Assembly (NCBI GenBank): GCA_963664115.2
Contig: CAXWPJ010000001.1
Coordinates: 32,001 to 96,000, forward strand
Length of the DNA stretch: 64,000 nucleotides
From: Terriglobia bacterium
Lineage (GTDB): Bacteria > Acidobacteriota > Terriglobia > 20CM-2-55-15
Reading direction: 5' to 3'
The translations under genes were made by a program, and so were the position numbers. Each line of letters starts with the position of its first letter. The stretch's first letter is position 1. This document shows, in pieces, positions 9,209 through 18,559 of this stretch. The notes beneath the pieces are model-generated. The model was given only the letters and a program-made list of their open reading frames with translations. It was not told the DNA's origin and made no database searches.

Positions 9209-9287
9209 AGTTGAGAGTTAATAGTCATGAGGTCAAAGCCCCCTTCTCTCAACTCTTAACTATTATCTAATCACGTATCTAATTACG
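9209..9287. repeat. Heptamer-type inverted repeat plus 12-bp tandem repeat upstream of tesA
   Basis: agttgagagttaatagt (9209-9225) vs ctctcaactcttaact (9246-9261); tatctaatcacg tatctaattacg (9264-9287). Confidence 0.5.
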
Positions 9288-9292
9288 CCCCT

Positions 9293-9994
9293 ATGAGCCC
9301 TGGGCCAAAACACCTGTTGATGCTGACAATGACGCTCAGCCTCGCAGCATCGGCAGGCGCATGCAACACCCAACCGGATAGTGGTCCGCAAACGGAATCG
9401 CAGGTGCCGGATACCTCCGAACCCGAGGTCAACAACTCGGATCTGCCCATCATTTTAGCGTTCGGCGACAGCCTGACCTTTGGGAGTGGTGTGGATCGCG
9501 AGTTTTCCTATCCTTCGCAGTTGCAGGACGAACTGGACAGTCTCGGACACGCTTACCGTGTCGTTAACGGTGGAATCAGCGGAGACACGACCAGTGGCGG
9601 TGTCGCCCGCCTGAACATGGCCCTGGAGCTCCAACCTGAAATCGTAATCCTAGAACTTGGAGGCAACGATGGCCTGAGAGGCATTCCCGTGGAAGTGGCG
9701 AGAGACAACCTCCGCACGATGATCGCCGCATTCAACGAAATAGGATCGCGGGTGATATTGGCGGGGATGACCCTCCCGCTGAACTACGGGCCCGACTATA
9801 TCCGGGACTTCGAGGCGATATACGTCGAACTGGCAGAAGAATTCGATGTCGTCCGCATCCCGTTCTTTCTTGAAGGGTTGGTCGAAGAGTACGAAAGGTA
9901 CATGCAGTCTGACGGAATACATCCGACAGGCGAAGGCTACACAATCGTTGTCGCGACCGTAATGAATACGATCGAACCATACCTAACAAATTAG
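9293..9994 (+). CDS. tesA: Arylesterase/SGNH (GDSL) hydrolase, TesA-like, probable lipoprotein
   Basis: FGDSLT, NGGISGDT, LGGNDG, DGIHP; lipobox-like AGAC. Divergent from ybbA-ybbP, as in the known arrangement. Confidence 0.88.
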   Translation: MSPGPKHLLMLTMTLSLAASAGACNTQPDSGPQTESQVPDTSEPEVNNSDLPIILAFGDSLTFGSGVDREFSYPSQLQDELDSLGHAYRVVNGGISGDTTSGGVARLNMALELQPEIVILELGGNDGLRGIPVEVARDNLRTMIAAFNEIGSRVILAGMTLPLNYGPDYIRDFEAIYVELAEEFDVVRIPFFLEGLVEEYERYMQSDGIHPTGEGYTIVVATVMNTIEPYLTN

Positions 9995-10075
9995 CGATCG
10001 ACCCCAAGGGAAGGCTGCCGGCTCTCGGCTTAAAACTGTGTTCCGGTGTAATATTCGAACCGTGAGGTGGAGTTT

Positions 10076-10145
10076 TTGGACGACGAAAAACAAAACAAGG
10101 CCGCCTTTTATGACCTGGATGGCGCGCTGCTTTCGTGCAACCTAG
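10076..10145 (+). pseudogene. 5' gene stub interrupted by IS; resembles the start of a HAD-family hydrolase
   Basis: RBS GAGGTGGAG, TTG 10076: LDDEKQNKAAFYDLDGALLSCNL, resembling HAD motif I (DxDGT-like). Ends at the CTAG IS boundary. Confidence 0.45.
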
Positions 10146-12032
10146 TCCCTGAACAAGCGTGATTGACGAGGAAATGATAGTGCAATAAGAGCGGAAGTAC
10201 CCGAAATGCCCCCTCTCCGTGCGAAAAAAACCTTGAACAGATTCTTCGGAAAAGGAGGCATTTCAGATGAACGATTATACGCGCAAGAACATGAGGAACC
10301 GCAAGCGGCGAATCGAACGTCGGCTTGGGGACCGGCATTGGACGGATCAGGTAGAGCCGATGTTTTCGGCGAGCAACATTCAGTACGAGATGGGAGAGCG
10401 GACGCGGGGCAAAACATTCAGTACGAGATGGGAGAGCGGACGCGGGGCACATCGGTTGGTGGTATCGGGACGATGCAACTGGTGGCGCGGCGGACCGGGC
10501 TGATCGAAGCCATCGACAAGGGCGTGCATGTGTTGAAGCGGCACCTGCCGTATCACGAGTCGGATCACGTGCTGAACATCGCCTACAACGCCTTGAGCGG
10601 AGGAACGTGCCTGGAAGACATCGAACTGCGGCGCAACGATGCGGTGTATCTGGATGCGCTGGGAGCGCAACGGATTCCGGATCCGACGACGGCGGGAGAC
10701 TTCTGCCGGAGATTCGAGGCCGACGACGTGGAGTGTCTGATGGAGGCAACCAATCAAGTCCGGCTCGGAGTCTGGCGACAGCAACCGGCGGCGTTTTTCG
10801 AAGAAGCGGTGTTGGACGCGGACGGGACACTGGCCGAAACCACGGGGGAATGCAAGCAAGGGATGGACGTGGCCTACGACGGGACGTGGGGATATCACCC
10901 GCTGATGATCTCGCTGGCCAACACCGCCGAACCGCTGTATCTGGTCAATCGTAGCGGCAACCGGCCGTCGCATGAAGGAGCCGCGGTCCGGTTCGACCAA
11001 GCCATCGCATTGTGCCGGCATGCGGGGTTTCGCCAGATCCTGCTGCGCGGGGACACGGACTTCAGCCAGACCCGGCATCTGGACGGATGGGACGACCAGC
11101 AGGTGGGTTTCATATTCGGGATTGACGCGATGGCGAACCTGAAGGCCCGGGCCGATGAACTGGAGCCGCGCCAGTGGAAGCGCCTGGAACGGCCCGCGAA
11201 ATACGACGTGGCGACCGAACCGCGCCAACGTCCCGACAACGTGAAGGAAGAGATCGTTCGGCAGCGCGGTTTCGACAATATCCGCTTGCAGGGTGAGGAT
11301 GTGGCCGAGTTTCGGTATCGACCCGGAGCCTGCGATCGGGACTACCGTGTCGTCGTGGTGCGGAAGAATCTGTCGGTGGCCAAAGGAGAGCAGGTGTTGT
11401 TTGACGACATCCGGTACTTCTTCTACATTACCAACCGTTCGGATCCGGCCGACCAGATTGTGATGCGTGCCAATCAACGGTGCAATCAGGAGAATCTCAT
11501 TGAGCAGTTGAAGAACGGCGTTCAGGCGTTGCGGATGCCGGTCGGAGATCAGACCAGCAACTGGGCCTACATGGTGATCGCGTCACTGGCCTGGACACTG
11601 AAAGCGTGGTTTGCATTGCTGCTTCCCGAAACCGGACGTTGGGGCCAAAAATATCAGGCTGAGAAGCAAACCGTGCTGCGCATGGAGTTCAAAACCTTCT
11701 TGAACGCTTTCATGCTTGTGCCGTGCCAACTCGTGCGCACCGGGCGGCGCATTCTGTTCCGGATCCTGGCCTGGAACCGGTGGTTGCCGGTCTTGTTCCG
11801 CGGGGTGGATGTGTTGCGTCAGCCTCTGCGATGTTGACCCGATCATGACTCTGAGCCCGGGCGATCGAGGTCCCGGTTTCTGTCAACCGTCCAACACCAG
11901 CGAGGCTGAACTGAAACAGATTCAACAGAAACTCGATACCTGGAACAGGCCATCCGGGAACGGGATTCTATGCCTCGAATTCTATCGGCGCGAACTGGGC
12001 CTCGGCGGACTGGTTATGCGCTTGTTTTGGGA
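10146..12032 (+). mobile_element. IS1380-family insertion sequence
   Basis: Terminal IRs TCCCTGAACAAGCG / CGCTTGTTTTGGGA, each flanked by CTAG (10142-45 and 12033-36). Contains a DDE transposase. Confidence 0.85.
10267..11837 (+). pseudogene. IS1380-family transposase, frameshifted by a 38-bp tandem duplication
   Basis: N-terminus MNDYTRKNMRNRKRRIERRL (ATG 10267, RBS AGGAGG) is in a different frame from the body (HLPYHESDHVLN, LDADGT, LRGDTDFS, ENLIEQLK). Duplicated copies at 10375-10411 and 10413-10449. Confidence 0.85.
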
Positions 12033-12899
12033 CTAGACTTCGTTAAGAGCGGCAATAAGATTCAGATCGTAGGGGATGAGGCCCTGGATTTCGCGAGTAT
12101 CTCCGACACACCTGCCAGGCGGCCCCTGAGCGCGGGAATCATCAGTCCTTCAGAAGAAGAAGCGATACCCATGATAGAACGCATCATCAGAGGGGTCGCG
12201 GGAGAGGCCAGGCAGGGAGGGGAACTTTTGTACTTTTCAGTCCCGGGTGAGCCACTCGATGCCGAAGTGAACCTGGCTTACCACGAGAAAACTATCACCG
12301 GAATACTGCGCAAGTTGGGATATCACCCGAAACCGATCAATGAAGGGCTGGCCGTGATTTTTTCCGAACTCGCTGACGAGCAATTTACGGGAATAGGCAT
12401 GTCTTTCGGTGGTGGTATGGTCAATGTGTGTTTTGCGTTCCGCTCGATACCTCTTTTGACTTTCGCGCTTGCCCGCGGAGGCGACTGGATCGACCGAAAG
12501 GCCGCAATTGCCGTAGGCGACAATGCGAGCAGGGTGTGCGCGATCAAGGAATCGAAACTCGATTTGAGCGAGCGTGAAGGCGATTCCGCAGTCCTCAACG
12601 CTTTGTCCATTGCTTACGACGAGTTCATTGGATATGTGGCGGAGAACATGAACCGCGAAGTGTCCAGAATGATGAGCATTCCCCAGCATGCAACGGGGGC
12701 CATCCCGATCGTCCTTTCCGGGGGGACCGCCAGTCCGAAGGGATTTGCTGAGCGCTTCAAGAAGGCATTGCGCTCGCTCGATTTCCCTTTAGATCTTGCA
12801 AACGTGAAAACTGCGAAAAACCCGTTTGAGAGCGTTGCCAATGGTGCTCTGACCGCTTCTCAAGTTGAAGTGAGTGTGCCCGAACAAGAGGCATCCTGA
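12033..12899 (+). pseudogene. Actin-fold ATPase resembling archaeal volactin, 5'-truncated at the IS end
   Basis: IVGDEALDFA..RRPL.AGII, YFSVPGEPLD, YHEKTI, PINEGLAVIFSELAD..FTGIGMSFGGGMVNVC, ARGGDWID, IVLSGGTASPKGF, SVANGAL. The N-terminal phosphate-1 motif is absent. Confidence 0.75.
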
Positions 12900-12921
12900 A
12901 AAGGGCGGATGGGCGTTCTTT

Positions 12922-13359
12922 TCAGGACTTAGGCCGCCATTCCCTTTTCGATGCGCGAGGTTTTTCAATAGGATTCTCAGCCGCGTCTTGATCAATCATG
13001 TTGCTGTTGCCTTCGAGCTTTCCACCCTCTTCGATTACCAGCGCCGGTGATTGAATGTCACCCAGAATGTTCCCGCCAGCGTGAATGATTATGCGGAGAG
13101 TGGTCTTGACGGTGCCGTAAACAGATCCATAGACCTCGAGTTCTCCCACTCTGATGTCCGCTTGGATTCGTGCGTGTTTTCCCACGATCAACTGGTCCGC
13201 TCCTGAAATCAAGCCGCTGAATTGCCCATCTAGCCTTAGCGTTCCGGAACACTCGATCTCGCCTGTAACAGAAATACCTTCGTCGAGAAATCCATTGATT
13301 TCCTTCGATGAAAATTTGGTTCGCAATTTCATCATGTTCTGTTTCTGCATCTGGGCCAC
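12922..13359 (-). CDS. Bactofilin (polymer-forming cytoskeletal protein)
   Basis: GFLDEGISVTGEIECSGTLRLDGQFSG...LIVGKHARIQADI...GDIQSPALVIEEGGKLEG, a beta-helix pattern. Start may be 13350 or later. Confidence 0.9.
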   Translation of the reverse strand: MAQMQKQNMMKLRTKFSSKEINGFLDEGISVTGEIECSGTLRLDGQFSGLISGADQLIVGKHARIQADIRVGELEVYGSVYGTVKTTLRIIIHAGGNILGDIQSPALVIEEGGKLEGNSNMIDQDAAENPIEKPRASKREWRPKS

Positions 13360-13444
13360 CCGAAGAACCTAAATACTCTGCTTTTGTTCAGTGGCCGTCA
13401 AGACGGTTGTGCTGACATAGCAGTATTAGCCTGGGGTGCCGCTG

Positions 13445-13621
13445 CTACAGCGGAAAGGGGAACATCAACCAGCTGACAACAACGGCAACGCCCAGAAAAG
13501 ACAGAAAAACGAAGACACCATAGCGCAGCTGTTCTCGTGGTTGTGTTTTGTTGATCAGAGAAAAAACGACGGAAACGATCGCTGCGAATACGAATAACGA
13601 GCTGAAGTGGGACATCGTCAT
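13445..13621 (-). CDS. Small 2-TM membrane protein (58 aa)
   Basis: Below the ORF-track cutoff. MTMSHFSSLFVFAAIVSVVFSLINKTQPREQLRYGVFVFLSFLGVAVVVSWLMFPFPL*; the ATG overlaps the upstream TGA (ATGA). Confidence 0.75.
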   Translation of the reverse strand: MTMSHFSSLFVFAAIVSVVFSLINKTQPREQLRYGVFVFLSFLGVAVVVSWLMFPFPL

Positions 13622-14058
13622 GGTTTTCGCCCCTGGGCAATGTCGAAGGCGTCGAGCACGATGAGGTAGTTCAGGAGCCCCGACACCCAGAGATATGTGC
13701 TCCCGTAGTCGTAGCTGGGGTTGGCCAGAAATCCGACGCCCAGACCCAGTTGTTGAGCGACGAGGTAGGGTATGCCGACGCCGACGTTGGCTACAAAAGC
13801 AAATATGTGCAAGGGTTGTTCGGGCGCGACATCATAAAGACGTCCCTGCATCGCCAGGCCTAGGCTAAACATCGTCAGAACCGATACTGTGAATGCAATG
13901 GCTCTTCCCCACCGGCCCAGAAACAGATGCGAAGCCCCCGGGAAAAACCATCCCGTCGCACATATCCCCAGGCTTGCGGCCATGCTCATGGGTTTGCCGG
14001 GTTTCGGCGGAGGCGTTGTTTCCGGGGCAGGTTCCGGTTGCTGCGATTCTTTGGACAT
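13618..14058 (-). CDS. DUF6677-like membrane protein
   Basis: GWFFPGASHLFLGRWGRA and YDYGSTYLWVSGLLNYLIVLDAFDIAQGRK motifs; 3 TM segments. Confidence 0.7.
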   Translation of the reverse strand: MSKESQQPEPAPETTPPPKPGKPMSMAASLGICATGWFFPGASHLFLGRWGRAIAFTVSVLTMFSLGLAMQGRLYDVAPEQPLHIFAFVANVGVGIPYLVAQQLGLGVGFLANPSYDYGSTYLWVSGLLNYLIVLDAFDIAQGRKP

Positions 14059-14061
14059 TGA

Positions 14062-14340
14062 TCAGGGACTGGGTTTTTTCAGAAGGTCCGAGAGTCTCCC
14101 CTCGGCCTGGCCGGCGTTCAAGCCTATAATTTCGAATTTTTTGTGTCTACTCTTTTCTCCGGAACGAAGGTGTACGGCCGAGCGCGACACCCCGAAAACA
14201 TTAGCCAGATACAGTATCGCAGCTTTGTTGGCTTTGCCGTCCCGCGCGGGCGCGTTCACTTTCAGTACGAGAGCGCCCTCTCTGCGTCCTGAGAACGCTG
14301 TCCTTGAGGCGTTGGGAATGACCCGGATGTCGAGCCTCAT
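14062..14340 (-). CDS. yggU: DUF167/YggU family protein
   Basis: VIPNAS, APARDGKANKA, SGEKSRHK; lies downstream of yggS. Confidence 0.88.
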   Translation of the reverse strand: MRLDIRVIPNASRTAFSGRREGALVLKVNAPARDGKANKAAILYLANVFGVSRSAVHLRSGEKSRHKKFEIIGLNAGQAEGRLSDLLKKPSP

Positions 14341-14996
14341 CCCCGATCTCCAAACAGCGCGGTACCCACCCGTACCATCGTTGCGCCCTCTTCGATCGCA
14401 ACTTCGAAGTCATGACTCATCCCCATCGATAACTCAGCAAGAGCGAATTCATCAGCCCTCTGCCGCAGTCTGCGAAAGTAGGGACGGAGGTCTTCGGCTG
14501 TTTCGATAAATGGAGGGATCGTCATCAAGCCTCTCAGGTCCAGGTTCTCCGAGGCCTGGACGACATCAACCAATCGCGGTAAATCGGATTCGAGCACCCC
14601 GGTCTTGGAGACCTCGTCTTCCAATTTGACCTGAATCAGAACACTCAATCGCCCGGGAGCGAGGGCGTCCAGGCGTTGGGCGAGCGCAACGCTGTCCACG
14701 GACTGAATACAGGAGAACAACCCGACCGCCTTTTTAGCCTTGTTGGCCTGGAGATGACCGATGAGATGCGCATGGACTTCGGGTCTTTGGAGCAATGGAA
14801 TCTTTTCTTCAGCCTCCTGAATCCGGTTTTCGCCGATTTCGCTGAGCCCGCTTTCAATGGCTTCCCGAACACGTTCGATATCGATCCTCTTCGTGACACC
14901 GACGAGGCGGATGGACGCGGGATCCCGGTCCACACGGAGGGCCGCTTTCCCGATGCGCTCGAGTATGCGCTGGTAATTTTCACCGATACGACTCAT
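14337..14996 (-). CDS. yggS: PLP homeostasis protein YggS
   Basis: LVGVTK, GENRIQE, IGHLQANK, GLMTIPP, LSMGMSHDFEVAIEEGATMVRVGTALFG; ATG 14996. Confidence 0.93.
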   Translation of the reverse strand: MSRIGENYQRILERIGKAALRVDRDPASIRLVGVTKRIDIERVREAIESGLSEIGENRIQEAEEKIPLLQRPEVHAHLIGHLQANKAKKAVGLFSCIQSVDSVALAQRLDALAPGRLSVLIQVKLEDEVSKTGVLESDLPRLVDVVQASENLDLRGLMTIPPFIETAEDLRPYFRRLRQRADEFALAELSMGMSHDFEVAIEEGATMVRVGTALFGDRG

Positions 14997-15208
14997 GTGG
15001 CTTTCTTGCCTGTAGCGGATGACTCCGGACCGGTGACACTGGACATCGGCTTGGCCGAGGGCTCGAGACTGATTTTCCTTCTCCGGATGGGTCTCACTGT
15101 CGAACAATTCCTTTACAAAAGAGCCGCCGTCGACGGGTTCAAATCGAACCCAACATGCACGGACGCAAGCTAACTTTCTTACCATATTTAGTGCATAATT
15201 GCCTACTC

Positions 15209-16399
15209 ATGCAGCGCTTGATCATCATTCATTACAGTGAATTGGGGCTTAAAAAGGGCAACCGGGATTACTTCGAGAAACGCTTATGCCGGAATATCGA
15301 CACGATACTGGCCGGGTGCGCAGTCGATAAGGTCCGAAGAATTTCAGGCAGGCTTCTCCTCAATCTTCAGGGCGATTCTGCCCTTGACGAGATCAAGCAC
15401 CGACTGGGATTGGTCTTTGGTATCGCTTACTTTGGGGAAGGCTGGATGGTGGACTGGGAGATCGAAACCCTGTCCGATTCCGTCTGGGATCTGGTCGAAG
15501 ACCGTCAGTTTGATTCCTTTCGAATCGATACTCGAAGACCGGACAAGCGCTTCCCGTTGAACTCGATGGAGGTGAACCGGCGGGTTGGCGGATACGTTCA
15601 GGAACGCTCGGGCGCCCGTGTGGACCTGAATGCGGCCGAACTGGTCTGCCGGATCGAGTTGGTCGAAGGCCGTGCGTTGATCTCGGCCGAACGGATCAAC
15701 GGTCTTAGAGGTTTGCCCTCTCACACGGGCGGCAGAGTTGCCGTCCTTCTCTCGGGAGGCATCGATTCTCCCGTAGCGGCCTGGAAGATCATGCGGCGGG
15801 GTTGTGGCGCATTCTTTATCCATTTCCATAGCTTTCCGCACACGAACAAAGAGTCCCAGGAGAAGGCCAAACAAGTTGCGGGCGTTCTGGCTGCGCATCA
15901 GCGCCGGTCGCGTATTTGCCTGGTGCCTTTCGCAGACATTCAACGAAAAATAATGGTCGAGACGCCGCTCGAAACACGCGTCATTCTGTATCGGCGTTAT
16001 ATGTTTCGGCTTGCCGAAATACTGGCGAAACGGGAAAAAGCCCGTGTGCTCGTTACCGGCGACAGCCTCGGACAGGTGGCCTCTCAAACCCTGGAAAATA
16101 TCGATGTCATCAGCCGCGCCATCTCGATGCCGGTGTTGCGTCCCCTGGTCGGCAACGATAAAGAAGAAATCATCTCGATTGCGCGCCGGATCGGCACCTA
16201 CGAGATTTCCATCCTGCCGGATCAGGACTGCTGTTCCCTCTTCGTGCCCAAGCACCCGGAGACGCGGGCAAACCTCAAGCGGATTGAGCACATCGAACAC
16301 AATCTGGATCTTTCCGTAGAAATCGAGGCCGCGCTGCGGTCAGCGGAGGTTCTGGTACAATACCCGGCCTATGAAACCGGGGCTGTTCGTCAGCTTTGA
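15209..16399 (+). CDS. thiI: tRNA 4-thiouridine(8) synthase ThiI
   Basis: HYSELGLKKGNR, THUMP domain, LLSGGIDSPVA, GDSLGQVASQT, DCC. Confidence 0.93.
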   Translation: MQRLIIIHYSELGLKKGNRDYFEKRLCRNIDTILAGCAVDKVRRISGRLLLNLQGDSALDEIKHRLGLVFGIAYFGEGWMVDWEIETLSDSVWDLVEDRQFDSFRIDTRRPDKRFPLNSMEVNRRVGGYVQERSGARVDLNAAELVCRIELVEGRALISAERINGLRGLPSHTGGRVAVLLSGGIDSPVAAWKIMRRGCGAFFIHFHSFPHTNKESQEKAKQVAGVLAAHQRRSRICLVPFADIQRKIMVETPLETRVILYRRYMFRLAEILAKREKARVLVTGDSLGQVASQTLENIDVISRAISMPVLRPLVGNDKEEIISIARRIGTYEISILPDQDCCSLFVPKHPETRANLKRIEHIEHNLDLSVEIEAALRSAEVLVQYPAYETGAVRQL

Positions 16400-17003
16400 A
16401 GGCATCGAAGGTTGTGGCAAAACCACACAGATTTCACGACTCTCGGCTGAGCTCAATCGGAGGGGAGTCGCCCACACCCTTACCCGTGAACCCGGTGGAA
16501 CGGCTGTCGGTGAGGGTATCCGGCGGATACTCCTCAACTCGGAGACAATCCATCTGACACCCGCATCCGAACTCCTGCTCTTCTACGCCTCGCGCAGCCA
16601 GAACATCGAAGAAAAGATCCGTCCCGCACTCGATCGCGGTGAGGTCGTGATTTGCGACCGTTTTTTCGACGCCTCGCTCGCGTACCAGGGCTATGGACGG
16701 GGATTGCCTCTGGACTTCATCGACGGCATGACCGGCCTCGTGTGTGGGGGGAGTACACCGGAAATCACGATTCTGCTCGACATTGATACCAAGACCGGCC
16801 TGAACCGGGCGCGAGAGCGAAACAGGACGCAGGCGGCAGACGAAGGCCGGTTCGAGGCTGAGGAACTGAAGTTCTACGAGCGGGTCCGGCATGGCTATCT
16901 GGAGCTTGCCGCCCGCAGCCCTGAACGAATCAAAGTTGTCCCGGCTCTCGGAACCATCGATGAAGTCCAGTCCGCGATTCGTCGTGTGTTGAGGTTGGAC
17001 TGA
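16371..17003 (+). CDS. tmk: Thymidylate kinase
   Basis: FEGIEGCGKTT, TREPGG, CDRFFDASLAYQG. Confidence 0.95.
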   Translation: MKPGLFVSFEGIEGCGKTTQISRLSAELNRRGVAHTLTREPGGTAVGEGIRRILLNSETIHLTPASELLLFYASRSQNIEEKIRPALDRGEVVICDRFFDASLAYQGYGRGLPLDFIDGMTGLVCGGSTPEITILLDIDTKTGLNRARERNRTQAADEGRFEAEELKFYERVRHGYLELAARSPERIKVVPALGTIDEVQSAIRRVLRLD

Positions 17004-17004
17004 C

Positions 17005-18012
17005 ATGAGTTTCGCTGATCCTTTTTTGGGAAATGTCCGCGTCATTGCCCAGTTGGAGGCCAAACTACGGAGAGGCCGGTTGCCTCACGCTTTGATCTTC
17101 ACGGGTCCGGAAGGCGTGGGCAAGCGCACGTGCGCGCTTCGGATCGCCAAAACACTTCAATGTGAGAAACACGAATCCCCGCCGTGTGGCGCCTGTGCTC
17201 AATGCCGGAAAATCGAACGGGGCCATCACGCCGACGTCAGCACACTCACTCTCGAAGGGGATGCAAGTCAGATCAAGATCGAACAGATACGTAAACTGCG
17301 GTCCACGCTGGAGTTTGAACCGCTGGAGGGCGTCGCCAAGGTCTATTTGATTGATCCTGCTGAACGCATGACAGAGGCTGCGTCCAATGCCCTGTTGAAA
17401 GCTCTCGAGGAGCCCCCGGCGGCGACGTACTTCTTCCTGATCACGGCGAATTCCCAGGAGTTGAAGGCAACCATCCGGTCGCGGAGTCAGACCTATCATT
17501 TTTCTCCTGTGCCACTGGAAGATATCCGGAAGGCCGGCATTGCCGACGAGCGGGTCGTCCGGTGGTCTCAGGGGAGCATCGGTCGTGCCATGCGGACAGA
17601 CGCCGAAGAGTTGCTGTCGGAACGCGAGATGCTGCTGGAATTTTTGGAAACGGTGATGACAGCCCGGGACGAAGCGCTCGCCGGCCTGCTCGCTGCGAGT
17701 GCCGAACTCGCGCGTTCTAAGGAAGACTATCGTGACCGGATTCGAATCCTTGGAGTCCTTGTTTCGGACCTGATGTTTCTTGAAGTTGGACTCGATCACC
17801 GGCTTGTCAATGTCGACATCCGTGAGCGTTTGGAGAACCTTCGAAACAGCGTGTCTATGGAACGCATTGTCCAGATTGGGGACTGTCTGAAGTTCATCGA
17901 AGTGAACCTGAAATATCATGTCCACCGGCAGATGATGGCCGATAGACTGGCCCTCACTTTGAACCCATCAACCGCCGAATTACTGCATGACAAACCCTGG
18001 GAATATCGATAA
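17005..18012 (+). CDS. holB: DNA polymerase III delta' subunit
   Basis: HALIFTGPEGVGK, zinc motif C..CGACAQC, NALLKALEEP, TIRSR; follows tmk. Confidence 0.92.
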   Translation: MSFADPFLGNVRVIAQLEAKLRRGRLPHALIFTGPEGVGKRTCALRIAKTLQCEKHESPPCGACAQCRKIERGHHADVSTLTLEGDASQIKIEQIRKLRSTLEFEPLEGVAKVYLIDPAERMTEAASNALLKALEEPPAATYFFLITANSQELKATIRSRSQTYHFSPVPLEDIRKAGIADERVVRWSQGSIGRAMRTDAEELLSEREMLLEFLETVMTARDEALAGLLAASAELARSKEDYRDRIRILGVLVSDLMFLEVGLDHRLVNVDIRERLENLRNSVSMERIVQIGDCLKFIEVNLKYHVHRQMMADRLALTLNPSTAELLHDKPWEYR

Positions 18013-18220
18013 AATGTGTTCAATAGGGTGAACGACATTCCGTAGGTGATTGGGAATCTGATTCCAAAAACTTTCCTTGTTTGACGGCCCGAGTCTAAAT
18101 TACTCCGAGCGGCAGGATACGCCTGCCGGAGCGGGACCGGAGGGATCGGAAAACCGAAATAACTGCGGGTAAACCAGTCCCCGGCCCTTCATAGAACACT
18201 AGAGCTTAGCGAGGAACGCG

Positions 18221-18523
18221 ATGTCCAATCGGAAATTGATCCGTCCCAGCCTGTCAGAAGTGAAAGATCAGATGACGGTCCGGCAAGTGAGGCGAAAACA
18301 GGCTCCCGGCGACCAGACGAACGCCGAAAATTTTTATTACGTCAAACAGATGCAGAATCGGACACCCATGGTCCTGGTCTTAAAGGATGGCGAGCAGATT
18401 CACGGTGTCATCGAGTGGTACGACAAGGATTCCCTCAAAGTAAACCGCGCGTCGGAACCCAATCTTCTGATTCTCAAGCACAATATCAAATACATTTACA
18501 AAGCTGGCGAAGGCGGCGACTGA
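18221..18523 (+). CDS. hfq: Hfq-like Sm-fold RNA chaperone with N-terminal extension
   Basis: [18 protein letters not shown]...[11 protein letters not shown] (Sm1/Sm2-like motifs). Confidence 0.75.
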   Translation: MSNRKLIRPSLSEVKDQMTVRQVRRKQAPGDQTNAENFYYVKQMQNRTPMVLVLKDGEQIHGVIEWYDKDSLKVNRASEPNLLILKHNIKYIYKAGEGGD

Positions 18524-18559
18524 ACGCTCGAAGCTCTTGATTCAGGACTGCAATACCAG

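Noticed and set aside
11970-12040. ORF-track start of the 309-aa actin-like protein, with LGLDF resembling a phosphate-1 motif
   Set aside because: These codons lie inside the IS right end and IR (to 12032). The motif lacks the following GT, so the resemblance is coincidental.
14997-15185. 63-aa N-terminal extension of YggS, weakly resembling an SRPBCC C-terminus
   Set aside because: Similarity is too weak to support; ATG 14996 gives a normal-length YggS.
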